This document shows positions 11,914 to 24,586 of a stretch of 64,000 bases of DNA, piece by piece (the stretch's first letter is position 1; each line of letters opens with the position of its first letter). The notes beneath the pieces are model-generated. The model did no database searches. It saw nothing but the letters and a program-made list of their open reading frames with translations, and was not told the DNA's origin. The translations under genes and the position numbers were made by a program. The stretch lies in assembly GCA_029953675.1 (NCBI GenBank), contig JAMWBK010000001.1, positions 2,790,001-2,854,000 on the forward strand, in the 5' to 3' direction. The stretch comes from Rhodosorus marinus CCMP1338 (taxonomy: Eukaryota > Plantae > Rhodophyta).

Positions 11914-13056
11914 GGACAATCCTTGGAGCAGGCCGACAAGTATATCTTGGGGTTGATGGAGTCGATGGCGAAGGAGGAATGAAGACGGGTTTTGAAAGCG
12001 AAATTTTTAACTATTGAGAATTGGTCACTATGGGAGGTGATGAACCTGATCGAAGTGGCTCAGTGTAAGTATAAGTAAATATCCTTTTTGTATTTTTTTG
12101 GGGTGTTGTGGCTCTCGATATGATTGTGGGGCACGCGGACTTCCCCACCGAAGAGGGAAGGCAGTTTGCATCGATGCTGGCTAGTGTAGGATTATGTTTT
12201 GGAGCCGGCTTCGCCGGCTGGTCGTATCGAGTATCTGTATCTGAATTTTGTTAATTTTCTTTTTCTTCTGTTCGTGTGGTTTAGTGGTCGACGAGGTGGT
12301 GGAGGAGGATTGGGACCTCGAGTTAGAAGTAGTGGGAAAGGAGGTGGTGAAAGGAGTAAGACGAACGGAGATCGTGGTGCTTTGGAGGAATCGCGTGGTG
12401 TAGAGCGGAAGTTTAATAGCGATGAAGCTGCGGCGATGATGCGTGAGGAGTGGAAGAGGACGATGGATCTTCTGAGGGGGCCTGAGAACCGTAAGGATCT
12501 GTTGCTATTACCTTGCGTTCTCGTGAGGTTTCTGCTGCTGATGCTATATCTTCTGTTCTGTGTTTTCTGACTTGGGAAGAACGTCCGGTGGTCAGTAGAA
12601 GAAGTGATAAGGCATGGACTTCCAAAGGTGGAAGCTCAGGTTCGGCTGATTTTCTCAGCATGCTCGACGCAGCAATGAAGGATTCCAAGACTGATGGCTC
12701 ATAGGAAGAACTGCAACCCCAAGAAAGAAAGAAAACTCAAAACCAAAAAACGAGTGTCCGTCGATCAGTTCGCACGTGCGAGATCATTGAACCAATCTCC
12801 GCCTGCAAGCCATGACCGGTGCGATCTGCTCTCCCTACCACGGTACAAAGTCTTCCAAAGATGTCGTTCACGAAACAAGAACCTGAGATGTTAATAATTT
12901 CAAAAACCTGCATCCGAGCAATACGACAAAGGAGCCAAGACCCATGAACCAGAAATCTTTCGTGGGCAATCGCCCCACGTTGTATTCGACTTCCTGCCAA
13001 AGCCGTGATGGTCCACATGTACTCAACCCGCTGATCGCAATACTCTGAAGAACCAC

Positions 13057-13213
13057 ATTATCTACTCAGATGATCTCAAGACGCTTTCACAAAACAGAAC
13101 CGAATTATCCACTCAGACGATCTCAACAACGCTCACACAAAACAGTGGGGAACAAATTCTGAAAGTTCAGTTACCTTTATCTGATCGACATCTCAAGGCG
13201 CTCTCACAAAACA
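13057..13213 (+). repeat. Degenerate 47-bp tandem repeat (2 full units + 1 partial) containing copy 2 of the 44-bp dispersed repeat
   Basis: Units begin at 13057 and 13104 (attatc.actcaga.gatctcaa..acgct..cacaaaacag). A third atctcaag.cgct.tcacaaaaca lies at ~13190. Confidence 0.75.
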
Positions 13214-13592
13214 ATTTCCTGTCGAATACGACTCGTAGGCAAACTGCTCTAATCAGTTCGGGATTGATAGACAAGCATCCTTTGTCAATACCTCTTTCCA
13301 TCTGGGCAACCTCTCGTCACGACCAAGAAGCAAGGAATGCCGTATACATACTTTTCAAAGAGCAGATAGATGTTTTATTCGCGTGCGGCAACTATGTGCA
13401 ATAAGGCCGGTGTTCCTCAAAAATGCAAAACAAACAAAACATCGATCTTCAAACGTCCGAGGCTAATTGGCTACATAGGTAGGTGGGTCTATTCTCTCTT
13501 CTACCGGCATCTGCACTTCTGTTTTATACAACGGGGAAAAGGGAATGTTTGTTGTCGTCCCTCCCCCTCCCCGGGTAGGGACTCCGCACCCC

Positions 13593-16409
13593 TTACGAGT
13601 ACATCCTATTTCCGGTTGGGGTTCTCTGAAATTCTCGGACGGGAGAGAAACGGAGTTTATCGTCGGCGACGTCGACGTTGATCGTGTCTCCATTCTTGAA
13701 ATTGCCGCTGAGGATTCCCTTGGCAATTGGAGTTTCCAGCTCCTTTTGCACTGCTCTCTTCAAAGGTCTGGCTCCGTACACAGGGTCGTACCCGACCTTT
13801 CCTATCCAGGCCCGGGCCGCTGGGGTAAGCTCGACCCTGAGCTTCTTCTCCTGAACCCGCTCGTTGAGCTGGTCGACCTGGATGTCAACAATCTCGCGCA
13901 GCTCCTCCGGTCCGAGGGCGTGGAAGATGATGAACTCGTCCAAGCGGTTCAGGAACTCTGGCCTGAACTGCGCCCGCATTCGGTTCATTACCGTCTCCCG
14001 CATCTGCTCGTACTGGGATTCACCGTTGAGCATTCCCAGGATCGCATCGGACCCAATATTCGAGGTGAGTATGATCACAGTGTTCGTAAAGTCGATCACT
14101 CTGCCCTGTGAGTCAGTAATTCGGCCATCATCTAGAACCTGCAGCAGAATGTTGAAAACGTCTGGATGCGCCTTCTCAATCTCGTCGAACAGAATCACCG
14201 AGTAGGGTCGACGCCGAACTGCTTCAGACAGCTGACCCCCCTCGTCGTATCCAACGTAGCCAGGAGGCGCTCCAACGAGCCTGGACACGTTAAACTTCTC
14301 CATGTACTCGCTCATATCCAACCGAATCAAAGCGCTGTCGCTATCGAACATCTGCTCGGTGAGGGCCTTTGCGAGCTCGGTCTTTCCAACACCGGTAGGA
14401 CCTAGAAACGCAAACGACGCAATTGGCCGATTCGGATTGGACAGTCCCGCTCGCGACCTCTGCACTGCTTCGGCTATCGCCTTCACCGCCTCCCGCTGTC
14501 CAACGACGCGCTTCGCCATGGAATCTTCCAGGTGGAGCAGTCTATCCGCTTCCGTCGAAAGCAGCTTCTGGACGGGGATCCTCGTCCAGGCGCTAATCGT
14601 CGCGGCGATGTCGTCCTCAGTCACCTCATTTCGCAGAAGTGGTGCGGCGTCGGAGGTCTCCATGTTGCTTTCCATGGCCTTCAACTTATCCTCCAACTCT
14701 GGAAGTCTACCAAACTTGAGCTCCGCTGCACGATTCAGGTCATACACCTGTTCCGCCTGCTCAGCTTCAGCTTTCACATCCTCTATCTGTGCCCGGAGGT
14801 CCTTCACTCCATCAATACCCCCTCTCTCCAGATCCCATTGGTCCTCAAGTCGGCGCTGATCCTTCTTGAGACCCGACAGCTGCTGTTCGATCTTGGATAG
14901 CCTCGTAGTGGACACACTGTCTTTCTCCTTTTTCAAGCTCAGCTTCTCCATCTCCAACTGGAGTATCTTCCTGTCAAGGCTGTCCAGCGCTGAAGGCTTG
15001 GATGTAATTTCCATCTTCAACTTCGCCATGCTCTCGTCGACCAGGTCAATGGCCTTATCAGGGAGAAACCGGTCGCTTATGTAGCGGTTTGAAAGAGTTG
15101 CCGCTGCCACGAGAGCGGAATCCTGAATCCTTACGCCGTGGTGCATCTCATACCTCTCCTTCAAGCCTCGAAGAATAGAAATCGTATCGGTTACCGACGG
15201 CTGGTCAACCATGACCTGCTGGAATCTCCGTTCGAGGGCCGCATCTTTCTCTATATACTTTCTGTACTCGTCCAGCGTCGTCGCACCAATGCACCGAAGT
15301 TCTCCCCTGGCCAACATGGGCTTCAGCAGGTTGCCAGCATCCATAGCCCCATCCGTTTTCCCGGCGCCAACGACCGTATGTATTTCATCAATAAACAGGA
15401 TAACGCTGCCCTCAGCTTCCGTCACCTCGCTCAGAACGGCCTTCAGGCGTTCTTCAAACTCTCCTCTGTACTTTGCACCAGCCAATAAAGCCCCCATATC
15501 AAGCGCGATAAGCCGGCGGCCTCTCAACGATTCTGGTACGTCGTTGCTCACTATTCGCTGCGCCAAACCCTCCGCAATGGCAGTCTTTCCAACACCTGGC
15601 TCACCGAGAAGGATGGGATTGTTCTTTGTCCTCCGCGAGAGAATCTGGATCGCGCGCCTAATTTCATCGTCTCTTCCAATGACGGGATCCAACCTCTTCT
15701 GCCTTGCGTCGGCGGTCAGATCTCGTCCGTACTGGTTCAGCGCTTCGAAAGTGCCCTCAGGCGTTTTTGTAGTTACATTCTTCCCAGCTCGAATCTCTTC
15801 AATTGCTTTGACCAGCTTATCTTCTGTGATGCCCGTTCCGGAAAACACGTTCCAAAGCCTTCGTTCCCTCGAACAAGCCAAAAGAAGAAGATCCACCGAA
15901 ATAAACGTATCTTTACGCTTGTCCTTCTCCTTCTGCGCATCAGTTAATACGTCACGGAGAGAATTTCCCATAATGTGAGAATCCGGTTCCCGCACTTTGG
16001 GCTGCGACTCCAAATAGGAAACCGCCTTCCGCTCCAAATCCTTCGCCTCAACGCCTACAACTTCCAAAACCCTCGCGACCAAAGGATCTTCAAGCAGCGC
16101 GATCAGCAGCACCTCCGCCTCAATCATCTGCTGCGACGCTTTCCTCGCAACCGTCGAAAGCTTTCCCAGAACATCCCAGGCCTTGTCCGTGTACCTCTCC
16201 GGGTCAAGCAAACCACCACCTGTGTTCGCCTTCATCATCGTAATAACCCGCCTCGGTCCTCCATACACCCCAACCGGCAGTTTCGATCTCCTGAAACCCG
16301 GCCGGTACGCCACAAAACTGCTCGTCCTGGAAGCCACATGCTCAACTCCACTAACACTCAATCGTGGCCCTACTCCCACCACAAACCCTAACCCATCACC
16401 CGTCCCCAT
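13593..16409 (-). CDS. clpB: Chaperone ClpB/Hsp100, plastid-type, intronless
   Basis: Two AAA+ modules (GEPGVGKT; GPTGVGKT), [16 protein letters not shown], coiled-coil M domain, [10 protein letters not shown] and GARPL. Likely start [10 protein letters not shown] at 16409, with a transit-peptide-like extension. Confidence 0.96.
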   Translation of the reverse strand: MGTGDGLGFVVGVGPRLSVSGVEHVASRTSSFVAYRPGFRRSKLPVGVYGGPRRVITMMKANTGGGLLDPERYTDKAWDVLGKLSTVARKASQQMIEAEVLLIALLEDPLVARVLEVVGVEAKDLERKAVSYLESQPKVREPDSHIMGNSLRDVLTDAQKEKDKRKDTFISVDLLLLACSRERRLWNVFSGTGITEDKLVKAIEEIRAGKNVTTKTPEGTFEALNQYGRDLTADARQKRLDPVIGRDDEIRRAIQILSRRTKNNPILLGEPGVGKTAIAEGLAQRIVSNDVPESLRGRRLIALDMGALLAGAKYRGEFEERLKAVLSEVTEAEGSVILFIDEIHTVVGAGKTDGAMDAGNLLKPMLARGELRCIGATTLDEYRKYIEKDAALERRFQQVMVDQPSVTDTISILRGLKERYEMHHGVRIQDSALVAAATLSNRYISDRFLPDKAIDLVDESMAKLKMEITSKPSALDSLDRKILQLEMEKLSLKKEKDSVSTTRLSKIEQQLSGLKKDQRRLEDQWDLERGGIDGVKDLRAQIEDVKAEAEQAEQVYDLNRAAELKFGRLPELEDKLKAMESNMETSDAAPLLRNEVTEDDIAATISAWTRIPVQKLLSTEADRLLHLEDSMAKRVVGQREAVKAIAEAVQRSRAGLSNPNRPIASFAFLGPTGVGKTELAKALTEQMFDSDSALIRLDMSEYMEKFNVSRLVGAPPGYVGYDEGGQLSEAVRRRPYSVILFDEIEKAHPDVFNILLQVLDDGRITDSQGRVIDFTNTVIILTSNIGSDAILGMLNGESQYEQMRETVMNRMRAQFRPEFLNRLDEFIIFHALGPEELREIVDIQVDQLNERVQEKKLRVELTPAARAWIGKVGYDPVYGARPLKRAVQKELETPIAKGILSGNFKNGDTINVDVADDKLRFSPVREFQRTPTGNRMYS

Positions 16410-16544
16410 CTTCACTAAAACCAACCCCCCAAAAAAGACAGATCCGGTTCCTCCCACTTCAAGCAAAAACCAAAAACTCCCCTCCCCCGCCCCCTTTCCC
16501 CTCCCCATCCTCCCCAACCTTCCAGACTCTCTGCCTAACGTCCC

Positions 16545-16554
16545 TTTTTATATA
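16545..16554 (-). promoter_or_regulatory. TATA box of clpB
   Basis: TATATAAAAA on the minus strand, ~135 bp upstream of the predicted ATG. Confidence 0.6.
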
Positions 16555-16637
16555 CTTACGAAATCTCAACGATCCCAACAAACGCCCGTTTTTTCATTGT
16601 CCCATAAAATTCCAAAGTTTCAATAACTTCCGGGGTT

Positions 16638-16703
16638 TTCAAGAAAACCCGAGAATTTTCCATGAAGTCAGTCATTTTGTCGCGTCGGGTTTCTGGAATT
16701 TTC
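16638..16703. promoter_or_regulatory. Heat-shock element cluster upstream of clpB
   Basis: Perfect 3-unit TTCtgGAAttTTC at 16691-16703, plus 2-unit TTCaaGAA (16638) and GAAttTTC (16653). Confidence 0.7.
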
Positions 16704-18909
16704 TTTATGGCATAGTAGCGGTGGAATTATTTGATTTTCTTGTTTGTATGTTTGGGGGTTATCCAATAGACTTTTAATGATTGGGATTGGTCGGGCTCGG
16801 GCGGCTCGGGGAGGAGGGAAGCGGATGGAGACGACTGACTGATACTGTGAGATGTCTTCATGGACGTTTAGGGTTCATGATAGTACCTCTAGAACTGCCA
16901 TAGTTCACGGCAGTTCTTACCTGCCAGTTCAGAAAACTCTCGTTTTGCGGCATCAGTTCCCCCTAACGGAATGAAAAGCGTCCGGTAAAACTTACGGGTT
17001 TGCACCCTTCGATGCTCGACGGTTCTTTCTTTTCGGGCGCAGGCGGGGCCTTCATCAGAGACGTTTCAGGAACCCTCACGGGCCCAAGAAGTTTTCTTGG
17101 GCCCGTTCGTGGGACCGTTCAAATGATGGCAACGCATCTCAACAAGTAATCACCATCACTGTTTGTACGTTCTGCGAGGCTTCTCTTCAGCTTGTGGCTC
17201 AAGAAGCTCTGTAAAAGTCCGTAAGCAGTTCTTAAGCATAATAGAAACGTGCCGAAGCTCAATCGTTGATCAGTCCGTTGTCCTTAGATCCTCTCCCCAC
17301 CCCCACCCCAAGCAGGTTTTATGTACTCAACCCGCAAGCCGCGTGCACTAAATCCCCACTCCCCAATTATTCTCCAAAACATTAAATATTAAATCGTCTT
17401 GCAATAATTTTATTCATACGTTCTTTTTAATTCATAAAATAAAAATAATTATCTTGAAAAAAATAATTTTATGATCGTCGCAGTTGTTTCGGATACACAG
17501 AATTATTTAGATTGAATGTTTGCGTAGTGATTGAAAGGCGTTTAACATCCACCAATTGCCGCGCCATGTGATAGTAGACTGAAGAAATGGGAAGGGGTAA
17601 TATAGAATTCCAAATAGTTCATATTTTGTTATCAATTAGGTAGAATTGAATGTTACGACAACTGGTGCTTAGGGGGTCGACAAACTGGTTGGTAGATTTG
17701 ATTATTTTCCCTCATGGGATTGTGTGTTTTGGAAGAATCTTGCTAGCAATGGCAATATTTATTCTTTATTCTTTTCACGTTGGATATGAGGGAGAAAGGC
17801 TTTTTGACGCCAAATTAGAGAGGCTCCCGGCCCGATTTTTCTCCATCATGAATACACTGGATTTGCGTGGGTTTCCTTTTCTTTGGGGGGGTGGGTGGGT
17901 GGTAGCGGAAAGGGGTAAAATGGAACTGGCTTGTTTTGTTATTTTTTGGTGCTGTCGAGCGCGGCTGTTGTTTGTGGTGAGAAGGGGTGAGGGGTTCTAA
18001 TTCAAGCCAAGAAACCGGTGTTGTAAAGATGGTCATGGCTGAAGATGCCAGAAATCTTTGAATCTTTGGCCTTTCCTTGCGGCCAAAGGTGGTTTGTGCG
18101 TCCTGATTGGATCTGACTGGATTGTTGACAATGTTCCCTACGAGTTTGATGAAAATCTAGTTGACCGGGCCAAAAACTGAGTGCGTGAATTGAGGGATTG
18201 ATGGCGACTGTTACTCGTGGAGTGGTGAAACCATTGGATTTTGTGGGCGCAGATCGGGCTAAGGTTCATGCTTCCATAGAGGTCTGGAGGGAAATCTGAC
18301 CGAGTGGCTATTGTTACATGAGCCTGTATCAAGAATCCTGAATTTTCCTGGTGCTAGTCCGTCCAGCGCGGTTGTGTGGCAATGCGGTTGCGAAAGACTG
18401 GCTTGAGGGAAGCATGGGGAATGGTACCTGCAAATAGTGGACTTTTCGTATGTTGATCGGGCCAATGTCTGCTAGTAGGTCGGCGAGGAGAAGGTGGGGG
18501 GGGTTTGGTGTGGACGGATTTGGCTCGACGGCCAATGTTACCGGAGAATCCTGGATTTTGTGGCAGCTGATCGGGCCCCCGAAAAGTACTGCTACTGCCG
18601 AGGAAGGGGGAAGGGAGGGGAAGGGGGATGCGAAAGTACTCCTAGGAGAGTGATCGGCGGATGAGGCCCATGATACCGGGAAATGGAAGAAAGTACTGAT
18701 TTTTGTCTGGGTTTTGTTGGCCAACTATCGTCAGAAAGTATCTGGCCGAATGTCTGGTTCTGGGAAGATGTATTTATCGGCCGCTCTAGGTACGGGTTGG
18801 CGTCCGAAGTGGGTGGCGGAGGGATTGAAGCAGAGCGGATCCTTGGGTCTTGTGTGGAGGTTGTTGAGAGCCCCGGGCCTCTTCGTGGTGTCACACAATT
18901 TCGAAAAGC

Positions 18910-20499
18910 ATGGAGCCTATCAAGTATGATATGAGCGCTGACGATTGGGACCTACCCATTGATGCCGATGTCCAGGTTGGTCCACAGTCCTGGCTTGAGC
19001 GGGGATTGAACGGTGGTTCGAATTCTCCCCTGCTGGGCCAAAATACCAGTTATGTAAGCGGGCTAGTGGAGGCCAAGGAATTCAAAGGAATTCGCCCTGG
19101 CGCTAGTCCAAGATTCGTGGAAGGAGTCCCTCACGCTCGAGGGTCGAGGGAGATTCGTATTGATTCGCTTGGCAATCCTACGCCAGCACCGCTGAGCGAT
19201 CAGGGGTTGAGGTGATCAAAACGTATCTAAGGGGGGGGCGATAATCACTGGCTAACGCTGTTTTTTGGCACCGCAGCGTGAAAGTTACCCGAAAGAAAGC
19301 AGAGACGAGCATTCAGAAAATTGCCCGAGCTTCAAGTCAGGCCCCGAGAAACCGCGTTCTGAATATGGTACGATGGAGCACGACTAATCCGGCGCTCTTT
19401 GGGGACAACCTTTGCCTGAGGTCCACGCAGCTGCTTGTGATTCTGAAACATTTCTTGAGGGTGGATTTGGACAACCCAAGGCCTGCAAGAAAGGTGGCGA
19501 TGTTTCGACACTCATGTGCAAGCGATCATGGTCACTTCAGCGCAGCAAACTGCGAAGCACGTACAGGTCCAAAGCCTCGAAGGAAGCCAGAACCCAGTCA
19601 AACAACATTGGCGCTCGTGACAGAGGTGGTCTCGGCCTTTCACATCTTGCACAGAGTTTCGACATTGGCGTTGGTATAGGTCGGGATCTTCAACCTTTCG
19701 ATTTCCAGCAACCGTTCGAACCAGTCGATGGAGACCTCGCCGACTCGCCGACTATGCTGCCTGTGCATGAGCAAACGCCGCGTTCTCGGTTGGTAGCGCA
19801 GGAGGGAGCTGAAACTGAGCCCTCTGAGTTGCGCTCTCAATGTCTTCTTCCCGCGGAAAGCGGAGAGATGGGGGCAAGGTATGGCTCTGAGAGCTATTTC
19901 CTCAGTCCTGAACCGCAAAACGATTTGGCTCAAGCATTCCAACCGCCGAGGTACACGACAAAAACCCTCACAACCATTCCACGATCATTCAACTCGACTC
20001 ACTGCGTCCCGTCTCCAGCATGCAACCTTTCGCGGTTGGGCTCGGTAGCCCCCCAGCTCCAGCATATGGCCCTCTACAACCCCATCCGGACGTATTGAAC
20101 ATCACCAAAAGCAGCGATCCGCAAGCCGGGGAAGATCCTAAGCTCAATGACGGTCTCCATCAGACCAAGATTGATAAATTCGTGCGACCTCTGGCGCACT
20201 CCAAGAACAACCGCATGCTCAAAGCAAAGGGTTCAAAAGAGAACATGGAAATCACAAACTTCTTCAAACCCGCAAAGGCAAAGGCGTCTGCGGCAATCGG
20301 GAACCCGCCAACGGCCACAAGGCCAACGTCGTCATGCTCTCATGCAGTCAAACCTGGGGTGACCAAGATGTTGCACCGAGATGCCACTAGAACTGCTAAA
20401 GTAATCGCTGACAATCTACTTCGACGTGGTAATGTGTTCGAGCGGGATATCCAAAGCACAGGAACCAGTCCAAGCCTAAGAATCGGGCAGCTGGCTTAA
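18910..20499 (+). CDS. Hypothetical low-complexity protein with PIP-box-like motifs, probably multi-exon; 5' end uncertain
   Basis: ORFs 19412..20098 and 20020..20499 join in frame through a predicted intron ~19951-20018 (GTACAC...TCCAG). Contains QTKIDKFV and NMEITNFFKPAK. Confidence 0.4.
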
Positions 20500-20815
20500 T
20501 CACTTTCGTCGCGTAGCAAAACCTCGAGTCCATCTAGGCTTTTCAAGTAGGGCCCCTCCCACTCATGGATTCAAAGCAAAAACAAACCTTTAATAAACCA
20601 CCACGACAACCACCCAAAACCCACCAAAAAACGGAAACGGATCATTACAAGCAAACGAAGCAAAATCTATTCACACCAGTCGAGGGCCACCCAAGATCGC
20701 GTCCGAATCCCGAGATTCAAGCACACCAGCACAAGAGCGCTAGCGCGCAAGCGCAAAACCGAAAACCGAAAACTCTCCCTGATCGGCGGATCTGGCCTTT
20801 GCGTAACACGGCTAG

Positions 20816-22548
20816 CTAAAACGATGCAGCAGCAGACCGTTCAGATTTCACAAACTGCAAGCCGAAGAAGCTGAAGAGGTAGGTAACCACGAGGAAAAAG
20901 GCCGCGATCGCGACCATCTCTTGTGTATCGGGAACGCCGCCCTTCCATATCACAAACACTCCATCTCGCTCTCCTCGGGTATTTATCAGGTACGCAACAA
21001 CAGCAGCGAACAGGACAACCACAGCGCGGTTCAAAATCTAGAGCAACAGGGACGCAGATAGGATAAATCTTCAGTCGACAGAACCAGCAACCCATCATCG
21101 GACTGAGCTTCGCGCAATTTGGGACCACTTACGGCGAGGTTTGGAACAGTTGGGACATGGGGCATGCAGACGTTCATGATCTCCTGAAGAATAACCTTTG
21201 TCTCGTTGTAGGAGGGGTCGTTCGGAGGAATCTTGCTCTCAATTTTCACACAACAGCTATAGTACAATTGCATAAGCTTGTCAAAATCCGAGGTCTCAAC
21301 AACGAGCTTCGCGGTAGTCCCACGCCGCAGCTTCACGTTCGTGTGGAAGACGTTCCTGTTGTTGTATACTTCAACAAGGGTTCCGATACCCATGATCTAG
21401 ACGGGCAGATGAGCAGAGTTTGCACTAAGATGGCCGGGTTCGTGACCTCTTCGAAAAACACGCGGACTAGGTCTTACCTGTGGTATTGCGCAGAAGTTGA
21501 ACACCTGACGATTCTTTATGCGCTTCATGTACTTGATGCAGTCGAGCACGTGTCCCAAAGCGTTCGTCACCATGTGATTCAAGCAAGCCAATGACTTGCC
21601 CTCATTACTTAGCTTTTGCAAGTCGGCCAACTCCGGCACGTATTTGCTCCAAATCTGACGCGCAAACGGGAAAACCAACCAAAAGAGGAATAGGTCTTAA
21701 GGGAAAAGTTCTCCCGGTTTGAAGGAGGCTGAGCGCGGGCTCTGTATAGACCATGATTTCGTACCTCTCTCGGCCAAAACGTTCTCTCCTCGTCCAAGTC
21801 TTCTGCATAATCACGGATAATGTTCACCTTCTGCAAAAACTGTCCCATGCTTATAGAGAGATGTTCATCTTCAACAAAGCATTTGTCTTCCCTCCCCGTT
21901 TCGTAGAATAGCCTGCTTAGCCCGATCCCCACGAGGCCAGCGACGTAGAAGCAGTATCTGTTGTAGTCATCGACAGTGTAACACTCCGTATCTTCAATGT
22001 GCTCAGCCATGCCTGCGCCCATTTTCTGACAGATCTCACGGATGACGACCTGATAGCGCTCGTTTAGCGACAGAAAGCACTCAACAACGATGTTATAGTG
22101 CTCAAGAAGGTTCTGCTCGGGTTGACGGAAAAGATGGGAGAACGGGGATCAGTCTCCGAATTCGAGTTTCAGCTTGATGCCCTCGAATGATAACTACCTT
22201 CTCGTGCTCCTTTCCGTATCCTGTACACGACCAGCCGGCCTCATCAACGTGCTTGTAAAACTCAACGCAGTCAACTTTTCTCCTGCTCGCGGGTACCGTA
22301 GTATCATCTTCGACGGTGTCCAGAGCTCTTAAAACAAGGTAGAAAATACAGACGGCATCCCTAACCTCCGGCTCCAGCTCCATGATCACCATCGCAAAAG
22401 ATCTGGACACCTTGAGCAGGTGGTTAAAACAGAACCTCCACTTCTCATCGGACTGCTTCGCCAATGCTGGCGCCTTCTTTGACTTTCCATAAAACTTCAA
22501 GAGCGGTATCAGCTCCTCAGGATGCTGCAAAACCTCAGAAATCTTCAT
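20816..22548 (-). CDS. SQS: Squalene synthase, multi-exon
   Basis: LQHPEELIPL, KVSRSFAMVI, CIFYLVLRALDTVEDD, YCFYVAGLVG, FLQKVNIIRDYAED, FWPRE and FCAIPQ motifs, with a C-terminal TM anchor. Confidence 0.95.
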
Positions 22549-24586
22549 CCCACCAAAGCAAGCAGAAACACAACCTCTACACAATCCCCAACAAAGGCCA
22601 AAACAACCCCTCAAAAACGACACAACTTCTCAAAAATTAGACTGCAGGCACCCATTACCAGGACCCCTCACCTCAAACACATACCCCTCCCTCCTCCCCT
22701 CCTCCCCATCCGCAGCGACCCCCTCCCGCCCACTCCTTAAGAAGCCCCTCAAACCCCACACCCTTTGCTGGACAAAATCCAATCCAATCCTTCGCAATAA
22801 TCTAGAACATTTCTTCATAATTAAACTGAAGGTATCATAATCATGATCTACAAAAGGTGTTCAAATATGGAGAGCTGTACATAATAAAATCCATTTATTA
22901 ATATAATTACAAATACTCTGAACCCAACGGGTTTCAAACATTTGGGCTCAATATATTCTTAAACTAGACTTGTGGATGGATACCGGAAAAAGAGGCTAGA
23001 GGACATAAATCTAGACAATATTTTCCTAATTAAACTAAGATACTCATAATCATGGTCGTTCCGAGAGGCTCAGGTCGGCAACTGCTCATTATTGAATACA
23101 ATTTTAACCTTTCTCCTAAAAATGGGGGTCCCAAAATCTGGGCTATAATATTCTGAATCTAGATCAATCAAATCGATGCCTAGGACACGGACACACCGCT
23201 TTATCCACGTGACACTTATGTGAGTCACTTACAACCAATAGAATTCTAAATTTAGACACGTGTATTAAATATATTGGTTTACTATCGTATCCAATGAAAC
23301 TTAGAAAAAACTTAGAAGAAGATGGACAGGTGTGAACTATGGATTGGTTAATTTAGAAAATATCCAATGAAATTCAAATTTTGGAGGAAAATAAACGTGA
23401 AAGGATAAAGTCCGCTGCCACTCAACGGGCTTCACATTATCTCCTACCCCTACGTAAATGGTAAAATGAAATTTGTGATTTTTACTTTTAAATTCCATAT
23501 ATATTATCCAATTAATAACAGCTATAATGGCCTTATTCTTTTCTATTGGTGATCGTGCGATGAGATTCAATCATATTCTCTTTTTGCTCCTATTCCTCAT
23601 GTAATTGGTAAAATTTTACAATGTAAATACCCCCCCTTGCACGAGCTTTAATGAAAATGGAACATGAGGCCATACATCCTCAATTTTCTAAAATAAATGA
23701 ATACTCGTGTTTGAAGGAAGAAAAATAAGGTATTCTAATTGACTGCATGTCAATCCTTTTATAGTCGTGGATTGATTTTTACACCGACGGTGAATGAGTA
23801 TCATGCTTTGGTTTGGGAGCTTTGGTGGAGAAGGAGGAGCTGCACAAGGCTGGGGAGCAAGCAACGCATGGTGACTAAGAGGATACGAAGTTAAGATCTC
23901 AGGAGAGGATTCTTCTTCAGATAGGATAGGACTTGAGATCGTTGTTTTTGAGGTGACTTTCGCGCGGGAGGGGGTGGGAGTGTTGTATAGCACTGCTCTC
24001 TCTCTCTCTCCCCAAACGGCACATGAGCGCCGCGACTAGTTCAATCATCTGTAATCCATGGCCAGCTTCTGTTCCACTGATCCCAAGCTTCGAGTTTGCG
24101 GTGCGAGCATCGGCTCAAGCGGTCGCAAATTGAAGACTCCAGAACCAATCAACCCCAGTTCCCTTCTCTTCTCATTCCTTAGCTCTCTTTCTCGCGTGAA
24201 GTCAATCTGTTCGCAAAGAAGCTGCGCCCTCCACTGCCAAAGCGATGCATCCGCGTCGAGGTCAGATCTTTCATCTGCCCTGAGCTTCTTCACCGTTGCC
24301 TCGAGGGTTATTTTCCAGGCAGCTTCGGACTCTAGGAACATCAGCTAGAATAGAGTCCACTAGCTTCTGTCCTCCATACAACAAGAGTCTCAACTTGCTC
24401 AGAAACGACGCCTTCTCTCTCGAAGCGATCGTCTCCTTCTAAAGCCCCGAACTATGCATCGGAGTCGCTCGGCGAAGGGGGCGGGCGTGGGGGTTGTCTG
24501 ACAAGGCAGGTAGACTAGTGAGGAACAAAATGGAAGTAAAGTGAAGCAGAGCAGGAAAACTTATCTAAAAAGTCTTCTGAAGAAGA

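Noticed and set aside
17020-17062. Hammerhead-like CUGAUGA...GAAA on the minus strand
   Set aside because: Stem II cannot close properly (A opposite C), and no convincing stems I/III or cleavage triplet are present.
13017-17335. Identical 15-mer atgtactcaacccgc at 13017 and 17321 flanking clpB
   Set aside because: A few 15-mer matches are expected by chance in 64 kb, and the match does not extend.
18330-19110. Possible internal duplication (PGASP and WLE peptides occurring twice)
   Set aside because: The matches are short, occur in different order and have dissimilar flanks.
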